Source of the DNA: a virus
Lineage: Duplodnaviria > Caudoviricetes
DNA length: 49,695 nucleotides
Reading direction: 5' to 3' (one strand)
Virus record (IMG/VR): IMGVR_UViG_3300037286_000037
Location: 1 to 49,695 of that record
Shown in pieces: positions 1-9,306 of the stretch; position 1 is the stretch's first letter, and each line of letters starts with the position of its first letter. A model generated the notes under the pieces. The model worked only from the letters and a program-made list of their open reading frames with translations, was not told where the DNA came from and searched no databases. Both the position numbers and the translations under genes were made by a program.

Positions 1-1
1 C

Positions 2-142
2 AAGGAGTTTCCCAATTCAGAGGTTTGGAAGTGTTATATTCACCCGGAAGATTTAGTAGACGTGGTTATTCCGTACAATACGGATGGAAAATTCCGGGCA
101 GCTAAAATTCAATTGGTCGAGATTATAAAGGGGAGCAAGTGA
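2..142 (+). CDS. Partial CDS (3' end), phage hypothetical protein
   Basis: Open frame from base 2 (KEFPNSEVWKCYIHPEDLVDVVIPYNTDGKFRAAKIQLVEIIKGSK) ending TGA at 140-142 and overlapping the next start; not in the ORF track. Confidence 0.65.
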   Translation, partial: KEFPNSEVWKCYIHPEDLVDVVIPYNTDGKFRAAKIQLVEIIKGSK

Positions 143-420
143 TGTTAAACACAGATTGTCTAACTGTAGGAAGTATCACAGCGATGAAGTTATATAATAC
201 CTTAATTGCCCAGTATGATGCTGATGACAAAAGTATAGTGCTATTTACTGGGGGATATTATACCGTCACTACAAAACGTAGAATGAACCAATTCGCCAAG
301 CGGTTAAACCTGGGTTTCATAGTAAAATCTGTTAAGGGTGAATGGGTTACAGAAGTAAATGATAAACAGATACCTTTTGATGACCATGGGTGGTGCGAGT
401 TTAGTTTAACAGGAGTGTAA
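139..420 (+). CDS. Hypothetical phage early protein
   Basis: 93 aa ORF with GGGGAG SD; GGYYTVTTKRRMN resembles a motif common in small phage proteins. Confidence 0.7.
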   Translation: MMLNTDCLTVGSITAMKLYNTLIAQYDADDKSIVLFTGGYYTVTTKRRMNQFAKRLNLGFIVKSVKGEWVTEVNDKQIPFDDHGWCEFSLTGV

Positions 421-421
421 G

Positions 422-1213
422 ATGAAACGTGAACACAAAAAAGCAATAGAAGATTTACTTACAGCGCAATGGCAACTTAAATATTACACTGACTTAATAG
501 ACAGTGCCCATCAAAAAGTCCAGCAGATTTGTTTCCGTTTAAGAGAATTGCGCCGGGCGTTGAAAGTAGCGGAAAGCAAGCTCACTAAACCGTTGGAACA
601 TTACACAGGTAGATATGATTACCAGACCGGGCGCACTGAGTATCAACACAAGGGTGCACAACATGTAGCCGGGTTACAAAACTCTTTGGAATACACCAGG
701 GAACACTTACAAACGACACTACAAGCTATTGCGATTGCCCCTCAAAAACAAAAGGAATTGCAGGTTGATGTAGACAGGTTAAAGAGTGCAGTGGAGTTGT
801 GGGAAAGTCTGCAAGTCGAGATTGATGCTAAGGCTAAGGCTAAGGCTAAGGCTAAGGCTAAGGCTGAAACCAAAGCCGAAGTTAAAGATAGAGTTGATAT
901 AAACAAGGCAATACTTGACAACACCACGGGTAAAACCTTGAGAGAAACCCTTGCCCAATGGAAGGATAGTAAGTACACGATGGTGGTACAGGATGGGCAA
1001 TCAGTTGTTGTGAAGGTAGGGTTATTGCGAAAGTTTACCCAATTCACAGAGCTAAAGTTGTTGGTGGCTCCTTGTACTCCATTAAAGTTAGGCCGATGTG
1101 CTTCTATTTTGGATAGTGTTAAAGCGTTATGGATTTCATACGATGGGTGGGGGCAGGCACGGCTGTTCGATGTTAGCAAAGTTGCTGACTATAAATTGGA
1201 GTTGACAAATTAA
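422..1213 (+). CDS. Coiled-coil protein with (Ala-Lys)6 linker
   Basis: 263 aa, AGGAG SD, heptad-rich N-terminal half. Confidence 0.75.
   Translation: MKREHKKAIEDLLTAQWQLKYYTDLIDSAHQKVQQICFRLRELRRALKVAESKLTKPLEHYTGRYDYQTGRTEYQHKGAQHVAGLQNSLEYTREHLQTTLQAIAIAPQKQKELQVDVDRLKSAVELWESLQVEIDAKAKAKAKAKAKAETKAEVKDRVDINKAILDNTTGKTLRETLAQWKDSKYTMVVQDGQSVVVKVGLLRKFTQFTELKLLVAPCTPLKLGRCASILDSVKALWISYDGWGQARLFDVSKVADYKLELTN
827..865 (+). repeat. (GCTAAG)6.5 in-frame microsatellite
   Basis: Six perfect copies plus GCT, encoding AKAKAKAKAKAKA. Confidence 0.95.
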
Positions 1214-1241
1214 TCTGTGTTTAATCTTTATGGGTTACAAT
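1210..1241 (+). promoter_or_regulatory. TTAATCT direct repeat (11 bp period) followed by TACAAT -10-like element
   Basis: ttaatct-gtgt-ttaatct at 1210-1227, TACAAT at 1236-1241, in an intergenic gap. Confidence 0.4.
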
Positions 1242-1262
1242 AATTCTACAGGATGGTTGTGA

Positions 1263-1892
1263 ATGACAAAAGTATTGAGTGTGAGAATACCCGATGATGT
1301 TTATGAGAAATTTTTAACTGCGTGCGCCCTTGATGGGGTGTACTATAAAGATGCTCTTGTGCATTTAATGTCTACCTATGGGGGGCCTGAACAAGTCTAT
1401 ACCAGGCCAACATGCAGCGTGTGCCGGTTGCCTTTACAGGTACATTACATTACAAAAAACATTCAGGCGTTTTGTTCTGTTGGTTGCCTGGTTGACCAGA
1501 TGAACTTACAACTGATAGAGTTGGCAGCGCAACATAGCCAATTTGTTGACCGGGTAGAATTTGATTGGAGAAGTTTTTTTGGCCCTGGTGTATCTGGTCG
1601 GGGCAGGTTCTTAATTAGCGGAGATGGTACACGGTATAACTTAAGTGAGGTACTACAAATTAAAAGGAACACAAGCTTGAGTTGCACCCAATGTGGGGGC
1701 AATATCGAAGCACCTGGTATAGGGGGACGCAAACAGGGGGGCAGGTTGGTGTCACACTTGTTGTGCCTGTTACCTACTGTAGCACAACTGCCCAACTTGC
1801 AGGCTGCTTTGATAGATATGGTGGTCAGGTTTAACAGGCAATGTACCCAGGTACACTGGGAATTTGCGCCTGAAAGTGTGTCAATAAAATAA
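1263..1892 (+). CDS. Putative DNA-binding protein: N-terminal ribbon-helix-helix plus Cys motifs
   Basis: TKVLSVRIPDDVYEKF (RHH-like); CSVC, FCSVGC, CTQCGG. Confidence 0.6.
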   Translation: MTKVLSVRIPDDVYEKFLTACALDGVYYKDALVHLMSTYGGPEQVYTRPTCSVCRLPLQVHYITKNIQAFCSVGCLVDQMNLQLIELAAQHSQFVDRVEFDWRSFFGPGVSGRGRFLISGDGTRYNLSEVLQIKRNTSLSCTQCGGNIEAPGIGGRKQGGRLVSHLLCLLPTVAQLPNLQAALIDMVVRFNRQCTQVHWEFAPESVSIK

Positions 1893-1902
1893 GAGGTATA
1901 CA

Positions 1903-2199
1903 ATGAAACTTTATAAAGGTAATGTAGTGGCTGTTACAACAGGGGATTATGAGGATTATGTTTTTGATGGGGTAGTCAAAGTTAAAAAAAGTTTTAATGT
2001 GGAAACACTTAGAGGAGAATTTTTACAATATTATCCTGAGTTTACCATACGTGATAGATTTGATGCTGTACGTTTTATTAAGTGGCTAATCAATTTGGGC
2101 TACCTTGTTGCTGTAAATGTACCATTTGAACTAAACATAGACGAATATAATGGACGCATTAAAATTAGCAAATTGCCAGCTTGGGGGGACAGGGATTGA
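1903..2199 (+). CDS. Hypothetical protein
   Basis: 98 aa, GAGGT SD, co-oriented with neighbours. Confidence 0.7.
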   Translation: MKLYKGNVVAVTTGDYEDYVFDGVVKVKKSFNVETLRGEFLQYYPEFTIRDRFDAVRFIKWLINLGYLVAVNVPFELNIDEYNGRIKISKLPAWGDRD

Positions 2200-2384
2200 T
2201 GCAATTTAATTATAAGGTAGTAGTTGTGTTGTGGTTGGTGGTGGTGGTGCTGACAATCATAGTATGTCGGGATGATGGGCCGCCAATACAAGGTCAATCA
2301 GATTGGGTACTACAAAACTTAAAAGTTACACCAACACCGAAGTTAATTAAATTAACTGTTATCAATTTGGAAAGTGAGGATTGA
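2199..2384 (+). CDS. Small membrane-anchored protein
   Basis: TGATG-coupled start; hydrophobic stretch VVVVLWLVVVVLTIIVC; TPTP linker. Confidence 0.6.
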   Translation: MQFNYKVVVVLWLVVVVLTIIVCRDDGPPIQGQSDWVLQNLKVTPTPKLIKLTVINLESED

Positions 2385-2385
2385 A

Positions 2386-2706
2386 ATGGAATTTAAGAAT
2401 GTCTTTGAAGCCTTGTTAAATGCACAGTTTGCACAAGCAGAATTAATTCACCGATTATATAATACTGATGTTTGGTTAGACGTGGCATTACATGATGATT
2501 GGGACACTGACCAGGCTTTAGAATTGGCGCAAAATATAGTGGAGTATGCACAACTGAATAACATTGTATTAAATGTATCAGATGCACTAGACGGGCATTG
2601 TTGGTATGTCTTTCGCAAACAATCATCACGACATAGCGCTCGCATTATAGTGCATTTGAATACTAAAGTTATTCCGGCAAATATTCTGGAAGCAAGTGAA
2701 GGTTAA
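2386..2706 (+). CDS. Hypothetical protein
   Basis: GAGGA SD before ATG 2386; tightly packed. Confidence 0.65.
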   Translation: MEFKNVFEALLNAQFAQAELIHRLYNTDVWLDVALHDDWDTDQALELAQNIVEYAQLNNIVLNVSDALDGHCWYVFRKQSSRHSARIIVHLNTKVIPANILEASEG

Positions 2707-3153
2707 ATGCCTGCGGGTAATACACATAATTTTTTTGTCGGGGTAGCGGGGGTGGGGATGGGGATAGGTTGTGTGTATCTTGAACAAGACATAACCTATA
2801 CCTTATCTTTGGTAAGTGGTAGCTTGGCCGGGTTAATTCTCACCCCTGACCTGGATGTAGATACGGGCTGCACCAGTATGCGTTTGGTGCGTGGGGGTTG
2901 TGGTAGGCTGGTTAGTACTTTATGGCAATGGTATTGGTTGCCATATAGTAAGGTGATGCCTCACCGGGGGATAAGTCACACCCCAATATTGGGAACACTT
3001 ACCCGTTTAGTTTACTTTATTCCATTTCTGTTTGTGTTTGTACTCTGGTATACCCATACAGAACTGTGGTTATGGGTAGTGGGGTTGATGGTAAGTGATA
3101 CAATTCATTGGGGGTTAGACAAATTAGACAGTTTATTGTGGGGTAAGTTATGA
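2707..3153 (+). CDS. DUF2227-family membrane putative metal-binding protein/hydrolase
   Basis: MPAGNTH, PDLD, PY..PHRGISHTPILGTLTRLVY, DTIHWGLD motifs with TM segments. Confidence 0.75.
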   Translation: MPAGNTHNFFVGVAGVGMGIGCVYLEQDITYTLSLVSGSLAGLILTPDLDVDTGCTSMRLVRGGCGRLVSTLWQWYWLPYSKVMPHRGISHTPILGTLTRLVYFIPFLFVFVLWYTHTELWLWVVGLMVSDTIHWGLDKLDSLLWGKL

Positions 3154-3938
3154 ATAAAGTATGGTTAACAAATTATTTAATGCACAATCCTAAACAAGAG
3201 TTGGTGAATATGTTGGTTGGTATTTATATTGATGGGATAGTGCCTTATATTCCACAAGATAATCCCCCTCTTAAAACTAGGGGTGGTAAAGGTAGACCCA
3301 ACAAAGAAGTTATGCAACAACGAAAAAATTTTTTGCGAAGCTTACTTATAAAATATTACCCTGAAAGCATCTCCTTGCGAGTAATAACAGAACAAACAGG
3401 ACTTAATATGCAAACTATTCTAAAGTTACAAAATGACCCCGAATTTCTGCGCACTTTACCGGCATACTTACAAGAATATTTTTATTCTTTCAATACCCCT
3501 AATCAATACAATTCAATTTCTCCCTTATGGCGGGCGGTACTGGATATACACTATTATGACCTGGTACTAAAGAACCCTGAGATGCACTTACCTTTGTACG
3601 AAAGTCATTTAGCAATGTGGTTGCCAATGGTAAAGCCACCACAATTAAGAAGTGTTAACGTTAGAAATTATATTGAGTACAATCGAATACGCAGCTTACC
3701 TTTAGCTGATAAGGGGTATGATATTCCTTTACAACCCACATCGGAATTTGATGCAAGAGATGCAGATTATCCTTGTAATAGTGGGTGTTCTATTTGTATA
3801 GCACACCATAATAAGGTACAATTAAATACTGTAGAGGATGCCCGAACCCTGTTAAATGTTAGTTTTAATTGGCAACCAGTTAAAAATATTCCTTTGGTTG
3901 GGGGTACTGCTGCACGTTATGCGGAGTTAATTTTATGA
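3150..3938 (+). CDS. Putative DNA-binding protein (AT-hook-like motif, HTH, Cys/His cluster)
   Basis: RGGKGRP, ISLRVITEQTGLNMQTILKL, CNSGCSICIAHH. Confidence 0.5.
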   Translation: MNKVWLTNYLMHNPKQELVNMLVGIYIDGIVPYIPQDNPPLKTRGGKGRPNKEVMQQRKNFLRSLLIKYYPESISLRVITEQTGLNMQTILKLQNDPEFLRTLPAYLQEYFYSFNTPNQYNSISPLWRAVLDIHYYDLVLKNPEMHLPLYESHLAMWLPMVKPPQLRSVNVRNYIEYNRIRSLPLADKGYDIPLQPTSEFDARDADYPCNSGCSICIAHHNKVQLNTVEDARTLLNVSFNWQPVKNIPLVGGTAARYAELIL

Positions 3939-4426
3939 TGGCACACCAAATAACTATTGACATAAAACCGGGAGAATGGCCTAATGGTATGACCGTGGTT
4001 GCTATTGACCCCGGTGGTACAAGCGGGGTAGCGGTGGCTGGATTTACTAAAGACATTTTATATGTTGAAACTGTATCTATTGGTTGGGTAGACGAAGTTA
4101 AGGAATTTGAGCGCTTGTTCAATATGATGAAGGGGCAAAAGCGGAACCATATTGTAGTAGAGGATTTTAGATTGAGGGCAGACAAGGCTCCGTCACTGGC
4201 CTGGAACCAAATGGTAGCAGCCAAAGTGATTGGGTTTGTCGAGGGGATATGTAAACTGTATGAACTGTCTGACCCCCGGTTTATTCAACCTGCCCAAACC
4301 AAGGCTATTACCAGAGAACATCTTATACAGAGATACAAGTCATTGCCTCACGACAGACACCAACTGGATGCCCTGCGAATATTAGCACAATTTATTATTA
4401 AATATCAGCAAGGGGATGTGAAATGA
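3935..4426 (+). CDS. RuvC-like Holliday junction resolvase (RNase H fold)
   Basis: VVAIDPGGTSGVA, IVVEDF, HQLDA acidic motifs. Confidence 0.8.
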   Translation: MMAHQITIDIKPGEWPNGMTVVAIDPGGTSGVAVAGFTKDILYVETVSIGWVDEVKEFERLFNMMKGQKRNHIVVEDFRLRADKAPSLAWNQMVAAKVIGFVEGICKLYELSDPRFIQPAQTKAITREHLIQRYKSLPHDRHQLDALRILAQFIIKYQQGDVK

Positions 4427-4914
4427 TTTATACTTATGTGGATAAGGAAACGCAGGAAGCAGTAGATATTTGTGATATGTGTGCTAAAAAACATTCTTAC
4501 CACGAGTATGAACAGCAGGAGTTCCCCCCTGATGGGAAGTGTAATTTTTGTGGTACAGTACAAAAAAACTCTAACTCAAAGATAGTTTTTGATTTACCTG
4601 ATGAACTAAACTGTACCCTACAGCATGTGAAAGATTTTGCTACAGTAATGTGTGAGGTGGGGGGACTTGTAGGGATGATGAAAGCTGGTAAGCTACTTGA
4701 GCCACCGGATGAATGTCCCATTGCAGAGTTGGCTTTGCTTATGGGGTTAGATAATTTGGTGGGGTTAGATATGGTTAACTCTGACCCCGGACAAGTTATA
4801 TGGAATATAAATTCCTCGGTGATATTACCATTAGACCACGTTCTGCTGCATGAATTAGCTCACTTTATTTTCCGGGTGGGGTATATTCTGGGAATGTACG
4901 CAAGTCAAAAATAA
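4423..4914 (+). CDS. Hypothetical protein with two CxxC motifs
   Basis: CDMC, CNFC; GTGA/ATGA-type overlap with upstream gene. Confidence 0.65.
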   Translation: MIYTYVDKETQEAVDICDMCAKKHSYHEYEQQEFPPDGKCNFCGTVQKNSNSKIVFDLPDELNCTLQHVKDFATVMCEVGGLVGMMKAGKLLEPPDECPIAELALLMGLDNLVGLDMVNSDPGQVIWNINSSVILPLDHVLLHELAHFIFRVGYILGMYASQK

Positions 4915-4954
4915 CCCCCAAAGTTTAATCTTATTTTAAGGTACTTGTGATACT

Positions 4955-6265
4955 ATGGATATACGCTCATATCAAGTCGAAGGCGCAAAGTTTTTGGTGG
5001 ATAAGCGGGGGGCAATTCTTGGGGACAGATGTGGGTTAGGTAAAACAATGACAGCTTTGCTTGCTTGCAGGTATGCAACAGCACAAACTATCCTTATCAC
5101 CTGTCCCAAGAATTTGAAATCGTGGTGGATAAAAGAGATTGTATCTGTAGCAAGTGTGTATTCTGATGCAGTAAAAATACAGGAACATTCAGCATTGCCA
5201 ACAGTTTTTGTTACTACAAAACGAGGAATACAACAATACATATTAACTCATTATGAACAATTTAGGGGCAGGGGTAAAACACCCTCGCCTATAACACAAA
5301 CAATCACAATGTTGGATTATGATATTCATATCATTGATGAATGTCATAAAATTAAAAATCGAAAGTCCCAACAAAGTAAATGGTTGAAGCATATAAAGGC
5401 AGGGTTCAGGTGGGGGTTGACTGGTACGCCGGTGGCGGAGTTTCCCCACGATTTATGGTCGTTACTGAACTGGATAGACCCGAAGGTGTTCAATAATTTT
5501 TATCATTTTGTGGCTACATATTGTGAGATGGCCTGGAATATGTACAGCGGCAGAAGGGAGCCTGTAAATCTGACTGATGAAGGCAGGCGAATGTTACGGG
5601 ATGATACTAAATCGTACCTGTTGGTACGTACTCTTGATGATGTAGGTATGGAACTACCCTCGGTAACAATTACAGATATACCACTAGAATTGTCTGATGA
5701 CCACAAGAAATTTTATTGTCGGGTACAAAAAGAAATTATTATTGATTTGAAAAATAATCATATAGATTTGTGGGCAGGTAACATTACTGATGACCAATTG
5801 GTTATAACAACTGCCGGGGCAAGGTTCACCCGGTTACATCAAGTGTGCAGTGACCCCGGTGTATTTCAACAAACTGTTGAAAGTGCTAAGGTAGACTGGC
5901 TTAAGGATTACATTGAAGGTGGGGGGGAACCTGCGGTAATTATGTCAAGGTATCGGCATACCGTAGACACTATTAGTAAGCTGGTTGGTGTTAATTATAT
6001 TGTGGGTACGTACTCAAGTCTTAGTACCGGGCATAACCTGCAACATCTACACAACTTTATTGCGTGGGATATGCCATATTCCAGACTGGAATGGGAGCAG
6101 GCGATGTACAGACTTGACCGGGTAGGTCAGACACATCCGGTACAAATCTACCGCTTGCAGTACAGCGGCACAGTGGATGTGAAGGTACGAGATTTGGTAG
6201 ATAAAAAACATTCTATTGTTATGGTATTAAACACCTGGTTAAGGGGGTTACACGATGAAAGATAG
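4955..6265 (+). CDS. SNF2-family helicase
   Basis: IRSYQ, GLGKT, DECH, LTGTP, GHNLQ, RLDRVGQ motifs. Confidence 0.92.
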   Translation: MDIRSYQVEGAKFLVDKRGAILGDRCGLGKTMTALLACRYATAQTILITCPKNLKSWWIKEIVSVASVYSDAVKIQEHSALPTVFVTTKRGIQQYILTHYEQFRGRGKTPSPITQTITMLDYDIHIIDECHKIKNRKSQQSKWLKHIKAGFRWGLTGTPVAEFPHDLWSLLNWIDPKVFNNFYHFVATYCEMAWNMYSGRREPVNLTDEGRRMLRDDTKSYLLVRTLDDVGMELPSVTITDIPLELSDDHKKFYCRVQKEIIIDLKNNHIDLWAGNITDDQLVITTAGARFTRLHQVCSDPGVFQQTVESAKVDWLKDYIEGGGEPAVIMSRYRHTVDTISKLVGVNYIVGTYSSLSTGHNLQHLHNFIAWDMPYSRLEWEQAMYRLDRVGQTHPVQIYRLQYSGTVDVKVRDLVDKKHSIVMVLNTWLRGLHDER

Positions 6266-6566
6266 TATATGGAACCACAACAAAAGTAAATTAAACTGGG
6301 GGTACATTGATACTGTAGGTGCAACTGTAACTGAGGAACTACAAACAGCGATAAATAGATACCCCGAATTTAATAGCGCACACGAAGGCTTGGCAATTAT
6401 TATGGAAGAATTTGATGAATTGAAAGATGAAGTTTATGTCAAACAAAGTAAGCGTGATTGGGGTGCAATGTTTATTGAGGCAACACAATTGATAACGATG
6501 ACCTTGCGATTGTGCCACGACATTATTCTTCCGCAGTTAGATGGAAAGGAAACTGGTAATGATTGA
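6255..6566 (+). CDS. MazG-like NTP pyrophosphohydrolase-fold protein
   Basis: FNSAHEGLAIIMEEFDELKDEV (EExxE) plus later E..Q. Confidence 0.55.
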   Translation: MKDSIWNHNKSKLNWGYIDTVGATVTEELQTAINRYPEFNSAHEGLAIIMEEFDELKDEVYVKQSKRDWGAMFIEATQLITMTLRLCHDIILPQLDGKETGND

Positions 6567-6942
6567 CCCGGATAAAAAGTTTTGGAAAGTTGACCGGCCT
6601 GTTATTCTGGTGCAGGTGGGTGAGAGTAAAGACATCAGGGATGTGAAGGTTCCTGATGACAGCATCCTGGTGGGGTTCAAGGGGTTGCCTATGGAAGTTT
6701 CCCCACAATTAATCATCAGCCCAGAAGGACGGTATGAACCGTGGAACATTACTTTGACACCTGATGGCAGACCTGATATGGTGCAAGTAAATGGGTTGAC
6801 CTGCACTCATTGTGCCAGCAAAGATACTAAACACGGGTACAGGGTAGATGCTCCGGGTGGGCCAGAGGAAGTAGATTGTGTAGTGCAATGCCCAAATTGC
6901 AGGGCATACTTATTTACGGCAAGGGGTAAACGACATGGGTAA
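6559..6942 (+). CDS. Hypothetical zinc-ribbon protein
   Basis: CTHC...CPNC; AAGGA SD before ATG 6559. Confidence 0.65.
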   Translation: MIDPDKKFWKVDRPVILVQVGESKDIRDVKVPDDSILVGFKGLPMEVSPQLIISPEGRYEPWNITLTPDGRPDMVQVNGLTCTHCASKDTKHGYRVDAPGGPEEVDCVVQCPNCRAYLFTARGKRHG

Positions 6943-7981
6943 CTATCCACCTATTAGCGCAACATCCGAGATGGCGCATGGTAAATGCGCCCGAATGTGG
7001 GGATATTCTGATAAAGATTGGGGGATGGGGTATGTTCGTTACATTCAATCAGTCCCAATCTTGGTAGGTAATTTATTTCATTATGCTCTACATTTGCATA
7101 CGCTTGATGTGGAGTATGACCAGGCATTTAAGCAGGCGGTAAAAGATGTGGGGCAGGAACTTAATATTACACCAGACGACCCCAACTGGTATGAAGCATT
7201 ACACCTGGCCGAAAGTATGATACACGGCTATGCGAAATGGCAAGCCAGTGACGCATCATATTTGGCAGACAGAAACTTAAGTTTTCTGGTATCTGAATAT
7301 CGGTTTAGTATTGAACTGGATGGGTTTGAGTTCCGGGGAACTTGGGATGGTGCATGTACTCACACCCAAACAGGGGAATTGTGGGTGTTTGAAACCAAGA
7401 CTACTACAAAAAACTTTGACCAGTTTATTGCAGGGTTAGAAAAGGACACCCAACCCCGCCGGTATGTAGCGGCATTAGAACGAATATTAAACACGAAAGT
7501 TGCAGGGGTAATTTATAATTTGGTGCGCCGAACTGACCCCACTCAAATAAAGTTGCTGGCATCAGGATTGCCCAGTGTATCGAAAGATACATTGGATGGT
7601 ACTACGTATGAAATTTACCGGGACTTATTGATGCAGCATTTTGGGGGCAACCCATTTGCTCAAAAGTATGAAGATGCTTTAACTTACTTACAGCACAACA
7701 CTCATAATATGTTTCGCAGGGTAGCTATGCGAATGAGCGATGCTCACAAAAAGTCCGCAATTAAAAATGCGGTGCAGCGGGCAAAGCAAATGGTGCGAGA
7801 TGTAGAGTTGGGGTTCCCTGCTAACTATAACCGATATGTATGTGGGTACTGCCCGTACAAATATGTATGTGACATACAAGATGAAAGTGAAGATTGGCAG
7901 GGGGCATTAGCTACAGCGTTTGTCTCTGCTAAGAGCCGCCCTAACCCGGTTGAAGTGGATGTGGATTTCATAGGAGAATAG
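6935..7981 (+). CDS. Cas4/RecB-like PD-(D/E)xK recombination exonuclease
   Basis: N-terminal Cys, GNLFH, GTWD...FETKT, C-terminal CGYCPYKYVC Fe-S staple. Confidence 0.85.
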   Translation: MGNYPPISATSEMAHGKCARMWGYSDKDWGMGYVRYIQSVPILVGNLFHYALHLHTLDVEYDQAFKQAVKDVGQELNITPDDPNWYEALHLAESMIHGYAKWQASDASYLADRNLSFLVSEYRFSIELDGFEFRGTWDGACTHTQTGELWVFETKTTTKNFDQFIAGLEKDTQPRRYVAALERILNTKVAGVIYNLVRRTDPTQIKLLASGLPSVSKDTLDGTTYEIYRDLLMQHFGGNPFAQKYEDALTYLQHNTHNMFRRVAMRMSDAHKKSAIKNAVQRAKQMVRDVELGFPANYNRYVCGYCPYKYVCDIQDESEDWQGALATAFVSAKSRPNPVEVDVDFIGE

Positions 7982-7992
7982 GAGAATAGGAG
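7970..7992 (+). repeat. Triplicated Shine-Dalgarno unit (ATAGGAGA x~3)
   Basis: ataggaga-ataggaga-ataggag directly before ATG 7999. Confidence 0.85.
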
Positions 7993-7998
7993 TATAGT

Positions 7999-8763
7999 AT
8001 GCAAGTTTATCCCACACTAAAGAAGGGGGAACTTCCCCTGATTAAACTTATCTTGTTTGGATTAGGGGGTTCAGGTAAGACTACCCTAGCTTATTCATTT
8101 CACAATGAACCACTTACCGGCCCGGCAATTGTCTTAAATTATGGGGGCAATCCTGACAAGCTGATGTTAAAGGAGAACCATCCGTTTGTACTGGATTGTG
8201 ATAAGCTGGAAGATGTTGATGTTGTGTATCAATTCCTGGCGGGCGGGCAATCCCCTAAAGACAAGTTCAGGGAATTGGTTGGGTTGCCACCTGATATTGT
8301 ATTCAAAACTTTTATCTTCGATACTGTTAGTGATTGGCAACGAATGAAAATTGAGGGTATTGTTGGCCCGGATAGGGCTGATATTATCAGTCAATCAAAA
8401 GCCCCGGAAGCTACCAAACACGGAGCTTCTATTCAAGCAGCTACACTACGGTTAGTCAGGGAAATTATCAACTTAAAACTAAATGTTGTCCTGACATTGC
8501 AGCAACAAACCGTAGTGAATTTTGCAACAGGGGAAGTAAGCAATCGTCCGTTCTTATATGGTAACAGCCGGGATTATGTGACAGCCTGGGCTAAGTTAGT
8601 AGGCAGAATGGAAAGGGGAAAGAATGGATTACCCGTAGTATTTTGGGAAGAAGCGGTTAGCACTTCCGTAACAAAAAACCAATTAGCCGATACATTAGGT
8701 AATGGTATGGGTTCACCCACAGCTAAAGCGATTATTCAAAAGTTAAAAGAATTTTACTTTTAA
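7999..8763 (+). CDS. Sak4-like/AAA_24 single-strand annealing ATPase
   Basis: GLGGSGKT Walker A, FIFDT Walker B; lies between exonuclease and SSB. Confidence 0.8.
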   Translation: MQVYPTLKKGELPLIKLILFGLGGSGKTTLAYSFHNEPLTGPAIVLNYGGNPDKLMLKENHPFVLDCDKLEDVDVVYQFLAGGQSPKDKFRELVGLPPDIVFKTFIFDTVSDWQRMKIEGIVGPDRADIISQSKAPEATKHGASIQAATLRLVREIINLKLNVVLTLQQQTVVNFATGEVSNRPFLYGNSRDYVTAWAKLVGRMERGKNGLPVVFWEEAVSTSVTKNQLADTLGNGMGSPTAKAIIQKLKEFYF

Positions 8764-8778
8764 GGAGAACACAATACA

Positions 8779-9279
8779 ATGACTGATTTAACTAATATTA
8801 ATGTAGATGAAACAAAAGAATACGTGCTGCTTATCGGGAGTGAAAAAGTTAAACGCACTAAGAACGGGCATCAGACAATGTTACTTGGGCTGTCTGTTGT
8901 GGGCGAAAAACTTTCCGGGATGATGATTTGGCACAACCTTATGCTGGTGCATGCCACCAATAAAGCAATGACCGCTAACTGGTTACTACGTGCCAGTCGG
9001 GAATTGAGTACGATGATTGATAAGAATTTTCCATCTATTACCCCCGCTGTGTTGCGAGAATTGCGGGATGGGGGGGACATTGTAGGTAAGGCTTTCCTAG
9101 GTAAGTTGAAGATTGAAAGTTCTGATGACTATGGAAATGCTTTACGTTTGGATAAAATCATTCGGCCCGTGTCCCCCGATGAACTTGATGAAGCATTAGG
9201 GATTGAGATTAGTGAAGATATTGATTTTGTTAACCCGACAGCAGCTTATGCCGGGTTGGGCGAGGGTGAAACGTTTTAG
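8779..9279 (+). CDS. Putative ssDNA-binding protein (DUF669-like)
   Basis: Follows Sak4; OB-like pattern, DIVGK, acidic tail ending in F. Confidence 0.6.
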   Translation: MTDLTNINVDETKEYVLLIGSEKVKRTKNGHQTMLLGLSVVGEKLSGMMIWHNLMLVHATNKAMTANWLLRASRELSTMIDKNFPSITPAVLRELRDGGDIVGKAFLGKLKIESSDDYGNALRLDKIIRPVSPDELDEALGIEISEDIDFVNPTAAYAGLGEGETF

Positions 9280-9306
9280 GTTAGATTGAGGATATTAAAT
9301 TAGTTG

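Noticed and set aside
1202-1227. TTGACA at 1202-1207 as a -35 element
   Set aside because: No -10 hexamer at 16-18 bp spacing
3935-4426. RuvC-like protein as TnpB, Cas12 or transposase
   Set aside because: Only 163 aa, no zinc finger or element ends; resolvase context
4423-4914. VLLHELAH as an ImmA/IrrE-type metallopeptidase
   Set aside because: Motif lies about 15 residues from the C-terminus with no downstream third ligand, and no repressor is adjacent
1210-4939. Alphaproteobacterial host inferred from CtrA-like boxes and GANTC depletion
   Set aside because: The sortase and lack of recognisable spanins point to a monoderm; HinfI-like restriction and other OmpR-family regulators explain both signals
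6935-7981. Cas4-like nuclease as part of a CRISPR-Cas system
   Set aside because: Sits in the usual exonuclease-Sak4-SSB recombination module; no array or other cas genes
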